DNA from: an uncultured Actinomycetes bacterium
GTDB taxonomy: Bacteria; Actinomycetota; Acidimicrobiia; Acidimicrobiales; CAVRDY01
Assembly: GCA_963719935.1 (NCBI GenBank)
Contig: CAVRDY010000016.1
Span: forward strand, 165,577 to 229,576
Length of the DNA stretch: 64,000 nucleotides
Direction of reading: 5' to 3'
Shown piece by piece: positions 55,590 to 64,000 of this stretch (position 1 is its first letter; each line of letters starts with the position of its first letter). Both the position numbers and the translations under genes were made by a program. The notes under the pieces were generated by a model, which ran no database searches, had not been told where the DNA came from, and saw nothing but the letters and a program-made list of their open reading frames with translations.

Positions 55590-55631
55590 GTCCACAGGTG
55601 GTGGATGAAGCCTGTGGACCGTCCTGTGGAC
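55590..55631. promoter_or_regulatory. 9-bp inverted repeat GTCCACAGG/CCTGTGGAC plus a third direct copy, upstream of dnaE
   Basis: GTCCACAGG at 55590-55598, CCTGTGGAC at 55611-55619 and again at 55623-55631. Lies 60-100 bp upstream of the dnaE ATG, in the divergent spacer shared with the crotonase gene. Confidence 0.35.
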
Positions 55632-55690
55632 GGCTTCGCGGGCACGATCACCATGACCTCCAGGCAACCGCAGAACACCGAAGGGCAAGC

Positions 55691-58600
55691 ATGGGAGATT
55701 CGTTCGCCCACCTCCATCTGCACACCGAGTTCTCGATGCTCGACGGTGCCGCCCGTGTCGGTCAGGTGGTGGCCAAGGCGGTCGCCGACGGCCAGCCGGC
55801 GATCGGTATCACCGATCACGGGAACATGTACGGGATCCTCGAGTTCTACCAGGCCTGCCGTGACCAGGGAATCCATCCCGTCCTGGGCTGCGAGCTCTAC
55901 CAGGCGGCGGAACGACGTACCGAACGACCTGCCATGCGGGGGCGCACCGACGACACCGGCGGGTCGACCGACGAGGGCGTCAAGGCGTACTACCACCTGA
56001 CCGCCCTGGCCGAGACCCAGGAGGGCTACCGGAACCTGATCCAGCTCGCCAGCCGCGCCTACCTCGAGGGCTACTACCGCAAGCCCAAGATCGACTGGGA
56101 GCTGCTGGAAGAGCACCACCGCGGACTGATCGTGACCAGCGGCTGCCTCGGCGGCCAGGTGCTCCAGGCCCTGGTGCCCGGGCCGGTGATGGAACCCGAG
56201 CGCTACCAGCGGAACCCTCGCATGCGTGACCCACTCGACGAGGATCAGCGCTTCTCCCGTGCTCTGGAGATAGCCGGTCGCTTCCAGGACATCATGGGTC
56301 GAGACAACTTCTTCATCGAGATCCAGGACCACGGCATCGGGGCCCAGCGCTGGTCCAATCCCAAGCTGATCGAGATCGCCCGCCGCCTTCGCGCACCCCT
56401 GCTGGCCACCAACGACAGCCATTACACCGACCGTCACGACGCCAAGGCCCACGACGCCCTGCTGTGCGTGCAGACGGGATCGGTCATGAGCGATCCCGAT
56501 CGCTTCAAGTTCCACGGCGACGAGCACTACCTGAAGACGGCCTCGGAGATGCGGTCCCTGTTCGCAGAGGTCGAGGTGGCCTGCGACAACACCTTGTGGA
56601 TCGCGGAGCGCTGCGATGTGGAGATCGAGTTCGGCAAGCCCCAGCTCCCCACCTTCCCGCTTCCCGAGGGCTTCGACAGCGATGCGGCCTACCTCGAGCA
56701 CCTGACCTTCGAGGGGGCGCGCAAGCGTTGGGGCGCGCCGCTCGCCGACGACGTGGTGGAACGCCTGGCCTACGAGCTGCGGGTCATCGCCGACATGGGC
56801 TTCTCCTCGTACTTCCTCATCGTGGGAGACCTGATCGGCCACGCCCGTGACAACGGGATCCGCGTGGGGCCGGGTCGCGGCAGCGCCGCTGGGTGTGCGG
56901 TGGCCTACTGCCTTGAGATCACCGACCTGGATCCCATCCGCTACGACCTGCTCTTCGAGCGCTTCCTCAACCCCTCCCGGGTCTCGATGCCCGACATCGA
57001 CATGGACTTCGACTCCCGGTATCGCGACGAGATGATCCGCTACGCCGCTCTGCGCTACGGGCGCGACCATGTCGCCCAGATCGTCACATTCGGTACCATC
57101 AAGGCCCGACAGGCGGTGCGCGACGCCGCGCGGGTGCTGGACCACCCCTACGAGGTCGGCGACCGCATCGCCAAGGCGATGCCCCCCCTGGTGATGGGTC
57201 GCGACACCCCGCTGTGGGCCTGCCTCGAAGAGCACGAGAAGTACGCCGAGGGCTTCAAGATGGCGGCCGAGTTGCGTGAGATGTGCGCCGCCGATCCCGC
57301 TCTTGCCGAGGTGGTCGAGGTGGCCCGGGGCCTGGAAGGCCTCCGGCGCCAGGACGGAATCCACGCGGCAGCGGTGGTCATCACCCGCGATCCGCTCACC
57401 GACTACCTCCCGGTGCAGCGCAAGCCCGAGTCCGGCCAGGATCCCGAGGCGGCGCCCGTCGTCACCCAATACGAGATGCACGGCGTGGAAGCGCTGGGCC
57501 TGCTCAAGATGGACTTCCTGGGACTGCGGAACCTGGACGTCATCTCCGACTGCCTCGAGCTGATAGCGGCCACCCAGGGCCGCGAAGCGGTGCCCGACAT
57601 CGACTCCGTCCCCCTCGACGACCCCGCCACCTACGAGCTGTTGAAGGAAGGCCAGTCCATCGGCGTCTTCCAACTCGAAGGCGGTGCGATGCGGGCCCTC
57701 ATGCGGTCCCTGGCCCCCGACAGCTTCGACGACGTGGCCGCGCTGGTGGCCCTGTACCGCCCGGGCCCGATGGCGGCCAACATGCACAACGACTACGCCG
57801 ACCGCAAGAACGGCCGGAAGCCCGTCGAGTACCTCCATCCCGACGCCGAGGAGGTGCTGGCCGACACCTGGGGCCTGATGGTCTACCAGGAGAGCATGAT
57901 GCGGGTAGCGCAGCGGTTCGCGGGCTACACGCTGGCCGAGGCCGACAACCTTCGCAAGGCATGCGGAAAGAAGGTCCGAGAGCTCATCGCCCGCGAGCGC
58001 GAGAAGTTCATCGACGGGTGCGAGGCCACCGGGTACGGGCGTGACCTGGGCAAGGCGTGGTTCGACATCATCGAACCGTTCGCCGACTATGCCTTCAACA
58101 AGTCCCACGCCTACGGCTACGGCTACGTCGCCTATCAGACCGCCTACCTGAAGGCCAACCACCCCACCCAGTACCTGGCCGCGCTGTTGACCAGCGTCAA
58201 GACCAACCTCGAGAAGGCCGCGGTCTACCTGAACGAGTGCCGGGTGATGGGCATCGAAGTCGTGGTGCCCGACGTCAATCGCTCCGAGAGCGACTTCACG
58301 CCGGTCATCGACGCCGCTGGGAAGCGATCGATCCTCTTCGGCCTGTCGGCCGTCCGCAACGTGGGTGAGGGCCTGGTGGCACTGATCGTCGCCGAGCGCA
58401 CCGAGCACGGCCCATACGGTGACTTCTACGACTTCTGCGATCGCGTCGAGGTGACCGTCCTGAACAAGCGGACCGTGGAGTCACTGATCAAGGCGGGGGC
58501 CTTCGACAGCCTGGGTCATCCCCGCCAGGGCCTGCTGAGCGTCTTCGAGAGCATCATCGACCTGACACTCGAGCGTCGCCGCAAGGAGGCCGAGGGCCAG

Positions 58601-59347
58601 TTCGACCTGTTTGCCAGCCTCGATGCCCCCACCCTGGCCGACGCCAATGCCGACCTGCGCGAGCCCATCGCCGACCTCGAGTTCGACAAGAAGCGCCGCC
58701 TGGCCTTCGAGAAGGAGATGCTGGGGCTCTACGTGAGCGACCACCCCCTCATGGGTCTGGAGACAGCCCTGCGGCGCCGCACCGACTGCACCATCGCGGA
58801 GTACATCGAAGCCGGAGATGCCGAGGTTCGCACGGTAGGTGGGGTGGTGACCGCCCTTGCCCGCAAGTGGACCCGCAAGGGAGACCTCATGGCGGTCTTC
58901 ACCCTGGAGGATCTCCAGACCTCCATCGAGGTGATGGTCTTCCCCAAGACCATGGCCGCCCACGGTCACCTCCTGACCGATGACGCCGTGGTGGGGGTGA
59001 AGGCCCGGCTCGACACCCGCGACGACACCCCCAAGCTCATCGCAATGGGCATCGAGCTCCTGGAGCTGGTGTCCGACGCTGCCCCACCGGTGCGGCTCCA
59101 GATCCCCGCCGCCCGGGTGAGCGAGACTCTCCTCGGTCGCCTCAAGGGCCTCCTCGGAGACCATCCCGGCAGTTCCCAGGTGTTCATCCACCTGAGCGAG
59201 CATCAGGTCGTTCGCCTGCCGGAGAGCTACTGCGTCGATGCCTCCAACGGGCTGCTGGGAGAGCTGCGCGTGCTCCTGGGTCCGGACGCTGTGCTCGGCA
59301 TGATCGCCGCTCCGAGTTGCAGGGGCCGGCTCGCTCCGCTGGACTAG
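55691..59347 (+). CDS. dnaE: DNA polymerase III alpha subunit (DnaE1)
   Basis: ATG 55691 with GAAGGG RBS. PHP domain FAHLHLHTEFSMLDGA. Polymerase core and OB fold are full length. Intact 1218-aa ORF. Confidence 0.95.
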   Translation: MGDSFAHLHLHTEFSMLDGAARVGQVVAKAVADGQPAIGITDHGNMYGILEFYQACRDQGIHPVLGCELYQAAERRTERPAMRGRTDDTGGSTDEGVKAYYHLTALAETQEGYRNLIQLASRAYLEGYYRKPKIDWELLEEHHRGLIVTSGCLGGQVLQALVPGPVMEPERYQRNPRMRDPLDEDQRFSRALEIAGRFQDIMGRDNFFIEIQDHGIGAQRWSNPKLIEIARRLRAPLLATNDSHYTDRHDAKAHDALLCVQTGSVMSDPDRFKFHGDEHYLKTASEMRSLFAEVEVACDNTLWIAERCDVEIEFGKPQLPTFPLPEGFDSDAAYLEHLTFEGARKRWGAPLADDVVERLAYELRVIADMGFSSYFLIVGDLIGHARDNGIRVGPGRGSAAGCAVAYCLEITDLDPIRYDLLFERFLNPSRVSMPDIDMDFDSRYRDEMIRYAALRYGRDHVAQIVTFGTIKARQAVRDAARVLDHPYEVGDRIAKAMPPLVMGRDTPLWACLEEHEKYAEGFKMAAELREMCAADPALAEVVEVARGLEGLRRQDGIHAAAVVITRDPLTDYLPVQRKPESGQDPEAAPVVTQYEMHGVEALGLLKMDFLGLRNLDVISDCLELIAATQGREAVPDIDSVPLDDPATYELLKEGQSIGVFQLEGGAMRALMRSLAPDSFDDVAALVALYRPGPMAANMHNDYADRKNGRKPVEYLHPDAEEVLADTWGLMVYQESMMRVAQRFAGYTLAEADNLRKACGKKVRELIAREREKFIDGCEATGYGRDLGKAWFDIIEPFADYAFNKSHAYGYGYVAYQTAYLKANHPTQYLAALLTSVKTNLEKAAVYLNECRVMGIEVVVPDVNRSESDFTPVIDAAGKRSILFGLSAVRNVGEGLVALIVAERTEHGPYGDFYDFCDRVEVTVLNKRTVESLIKAGAFDSLGHPRQGLLSVFESIIDLTLERRRKEAEGQFDLFASLDAPTLADANADLREPIADLEFDKKRRLAFEKEMLGLYVSDHPLMGLETALRRRTDCTIAEYIEAGDAEVRTVGGVVTALARKWTRKGDLMAVFTLEDLQTSIEVMVFPKTMAAHGHLLTDDAVVGVKARLDTRDDTPKLIAMGIELLELVSDAAPPVRLQIPAARVSETLLGRLKGLLGDHPGSSQVFIHLSEHQVVRLPESYCVDASNGLLGELRVLLGPDAVLGMIAAPSCRGRLAPLD

Positions 59348-59384
59348 AGGGGTTCACACCTGCCGATATCGGGGGATCCCATCC

Positions 59385-60055
59385 ATGGCGATCGACATCG
59401 AGACCAAGGACTGCACCGCTCTGAGTGACGCGGAGTTGGCCGAGATGGCCGACATGTGCACCGACAGCCCGACCCGGTTCGAGGTGGGTCTGCTGTCCAA
59501 GCAGGCCGAAGCCTGGGTGCTGGTGACCCAGGCCCGGGAGAACACGAAGCTGAAGGGTTTCTCGTTCTGCAGCCTGGAACGCATCGGGGGCACACCTTGC
59601 GTGCTCGTGGGCCTGGGGTCGGTCAAGCGCACCTCGCAGGCGCGACTCGGTCCTTCGTGCCATGATGACCGACCAGTTCCGCCGGGCCGTCCTGGCCTTT
59701 CCCGACGAGGACGTCCTGGTCGGTCTGCGGATGGCGGATGCATCGGGACTACGAAGCCCTCAAGGGCCTCCAGGAGATCATCCCCCGCCCCGAACACCGG
59801 GTCACCGGAGAAGAACGTGCCTGGGGGCGCCGGCTGGCCAAGCGGTTCGGTGTCGAGAACGGCGCTTACGACGACCGCACCTTCAGCGTCGTGGGGGAGG
59901 GAGGCGTCCCGCCGCTGTTCGACCATGCCAGCCTCAAGCCCGAGAGGCTCGACGAGGGCGTGGTGGCCTACTTCGACACCTTCGACCCGGGCCGGGGCGA
60001 CACGCTCATCGCCTTCGGGTGGGCACTGGCCGAAGACCTCGCCAAGCTGGCCTGA
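59385..60055 (+). pseudogene. conserved-looking hypothetical protein, 2 frameshifts (near 59640 and 59740)
   Basis: Three coding-like pieces: ORF 59385 (first about 85 aa), ORF 59662 (MMTDQFRRAVLAFPDEDVLVGLRMADA) and ORF 59738 (..YEALKGLQEIIPRPEHRVTGEERAWGRRLAKRFG..). No family recognised. Confidence 0.5.
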
Positions 60056-60073
60056 ACCGGTACCCGCCCAGCG

Positions 60074-60705
60074 GTGGAGCTGTACGCCACCATCCGCGAC
60101 CGCCGGATGGTGCGCGACTTCTCGGAGCGGCCCATCGACTCGGCCCAGCTCGACCGGATGCTCGACGCTGCCCGTCGGGCTCCCACAGCCGGCAACTGCC
60201 AGGGCGTGGAACTGCTGGTCCTCGAGGGGCCATCTGAGACCGAGGGGTTCTGGTCGGCCACCTTCACCCCCGATGCCCGGGCTTCGTTCCGCTGGCAGGG
60301 TCTGTTCCGGGCTCCCGTGCTGGTCCTGCCAGTCGGTTGCCGTGACCGCTACCTGGCCCGCTACGCGGAACCGGACAAGGCGAGCACTTCGCTCGGGGCA
60401 CCCAGGGATCCCCAGTACCGGTCGGAACCGACGTGGTGGCCCGCTGGCCGGTGCCCTACTGGCTGACCGACGCCGCCATGGTGGCCCAGAACCTCCTGCT
60501 GGCTGCCACCGCCGAGGGGCTGGGAGCACTGTTCTTCGGGATCTTCCGAGGTGGGGAGGTGGTGCGCACCTGCTTCGGCCTGCCTGAAGGCGCGGAGCCG
60601 GTGGGGGTATTAGCGCTCGGACATCCCCGCTCGCACCAACCGGGCCGATCGGCGTCCCGGCCCCGCCGTCGATTGGACGACCTGGTGCACCGGGGGCACT
60701 GGTGA
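60074..60705 (+). pseudogene. nitroreductase-family protein, frameshifted near 60400-60440
   Basis: LYATIRDRRMVRDFSERPI..AARRAPTAGNCQG (ORF 60074) and [28 protein letters not shown] (ORF 60433). Confidence 0.7.
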
Positions 60706-60721
60706 CCGGCTGCCCGGCCGT

Positions 60722-62753
<2,032 letters not shown>

Positions 62754-62802
62754 GGGCAGCACCCTAGGAGCACGGGGGCCGCTACCCTCCCGGAGCGTGC
62801 CT

Positions 62803-63592
62803 GTGAACCCGGACATCTCGGCTCGGCCGCACTGCGAGCTCGCCCTGCACTCGGCCTGAGGGACAGGTGGCACTGGTGACCGGGGCCTCGCGGGGCATCG
62901 GCCGGGCCATGGCCGCGGCACTGCGCCGACGCCGGGCGCGACGGTGATGCTCTCGTCGCGCAAGCAGGACGCGCTCGACGAGGCCGCGGCGCGAGCAGAT
63001 CGACGGCGAGGTGGTCGCCGTGCGCGGCCAATGCCGGGAGCCCGAGGAGGCCGAGGCGTGTGTCGGCGCCACCGTCGAGCGGTTCGGGCGCTCGACATCC
63101 TGGTCAACAACGCGGCCACCAACCCGTACATGGGCCCGACCATCGACATCGACCTGTCCCGCTACGACAAGACCTCGCAGGTCAACCTGCCGGGGCCCGC
63201 TGGTGTGGACCCAGGAGGCCTGGAGCAGTCGATGGCCGGCAGCACGGCGGCGTGTCATCAACGTCGCCTCGATCGGTGGCCTGTCCGTCGAGCCGACGAT
63301 CGGCATCTACAACGTCACCAAGGCGGCGCTGATCCACCTCACCAAGACCCTGGCCGCCGAGCTGGCGCCCGGCGGTGCGGGTGAACGCCATGGCCCCCGG
63401 CCTGGTGAAGACCGACATGGCCCGGGCCCTGTGGGAGCCGAACGAGGAGCCGCTCGCCCGCGCGGTTCCCGCTGCGCCGACTGGGTGAGCCCGGCGACAT
63501 CGCCAACGCCGCCCTCGTTCCTGGCCAGCGACCTGTCCTCGTGGATCACCGGTCAGACGCTGGTGGTCGACGGCGGGATGCTCCTGCACTGA
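62803..63592 (+). pseudogene. short-chain dehydrogenase/reductase (FabG-like), multiple frameshifts
   Basis: VALVTGASRGIGRAMAAAL, NNAATNP, INVASIGG..YNVTKAALIHLTKTLAAEL and SSWITGQTLVVDGGMLLH pieces in different frames. The 5' end is approximate. Confidence 0.7.
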
Positions 63593-63627
63593 TTCCGGTG
63601 AGCGGCGGCTCGGGGCCGAGCCGGCGC

Positions 63628-64000
63628 TCAGCTGCAGGTCGGCGCGGCGGACCTTGCCCGAGCGACGTGCGGGGGAGCCTGGTCCAGCGACCGATCTTCG
63701 GGGGCGCGTGGCGCAGGCAGGTAGCTGCTCGGTGACGGTCGCGCGCAGGTCGTCCAGCGACGGTGGTGCGCGCGGGTCGGCGGGCACCACCAGGGCCACG
63801 ACACGTTGGCCCCACTCGCGGATCGGTCCGACCCACCACCGCGACCTCGCCGACGCCGGGGCGGACGTCGAGCACCCGCTCGACGGGTCGCGGGCCAGAC
63901 GTTCTCGCCTCCGGTGATGATGAGGTCGTCCCGGCGGCCGATCGACGATCGAGGCGGCCCTCGGCGTCGATCGACCGACGTCACCGGTGGAGAACCAGCC
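63628..64000 (-). pseudogene. 3' part of an AMP-binding acyl-CoA/o-succinylbenzoate-CoA ligase-like gene, frameshifted, truncated by the window edge
   Basis: GRRDDLIITGGENVWP and ALVVP..LDDLRATVTEQLP..GKVRRADL (the C-terminal AMP-binding-enzyme motif region) lie in different minus-strand frames. Confidence 0.6.

Noticed and set aside
54764-58408. 1214-aa ORF on the minus strand, the longest minus-strand ORF in the window
   Set aside because: It lies entirely antisense to dnaE, whose plus-strand product is full length and unmistakable. The minus-strand translation is a low-complexity G/R/H/V/L-rich sequence typical of stop-free shadow frames in about 70% GC DNA.

Overview
A 64-kb, very GC-rich (about 70% by eye) chromosomal segment from an actinobacterium. 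All calls come from reading the supplied six-frame translations and the DNA by hand and recognising motifs from memory. No database search or computation was run. Nearly all long antisense or out-of-frame ORFs in the track are high-GC shadow ORFs. Gene content, left to right: queG carrying a large internal tandem repeat; a GT4 glycosyltransferase; a co-directional string of SRPBCC protein, ArsA/Get3-like ATPase, small protein, Walker-A-less SMC/ABC-like coiled-coil protein, eRF1/Pelota-like (baeRF-type) protein and ROK kinase; an acyl-CoA ligase; a GNAT-like protein and an aminotransferase; TetR and glpK; pfk; mtrA-mtrB plus a short LpqB-like lipoprotein; inositol monophosphatase; ppm1; a NUDIX hydrolase; DUF3040; a MoxR-DUF58-transglutaminase operon; a second ROK kinase; a translationally coupled trio of HNH nuclease, enolase-superfamily (MenC-like) protein and LplA-like protein. 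Then comes a full division/cell-wall (dcw) cluster: mraZ-rsmH-ftsL-ftsI-murE-mraY-murD-ftsW-murG-murC-murB-ftsQ-ftsZ-pgeF-yggS-sepF-yggT-divIVA. No murF lies between murE and mraY. After it come a histone-tail/DksA-like protein, lspA, rluD, an Rrf2 regulator, an alkaline-phosphatase-family gene, bpa, an enoyl-CoA hydratase, dnaE, and a tail of small metabolic genes. I found no rRNA, tRNA, CRISPR array, transposase, integrase or recognisable defence island. The most important caveat is that frame-breaking single-base indels are concentrated in three blocks (about 38.4-48.7 kb, 53.05-54.76 kb and 59.6-64.0 kb), with isolated ones in arsA and ftsI. The broken genes are essential and keep their conserved motifs, so I read these as sequence or assembly errors rather than biology. 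The best leads are the uncharacterised coiled-coil/eRF1-like module, the perfect 27-bp x 11.5 repeat inside queG, a 16-bp x 4 repeat array upstream of the HNH operon, a candidate MraZ operator, a G-quadruplex motif downstream of mraZ, and a consistent leaderless-promoter signature at 11 gene starts.
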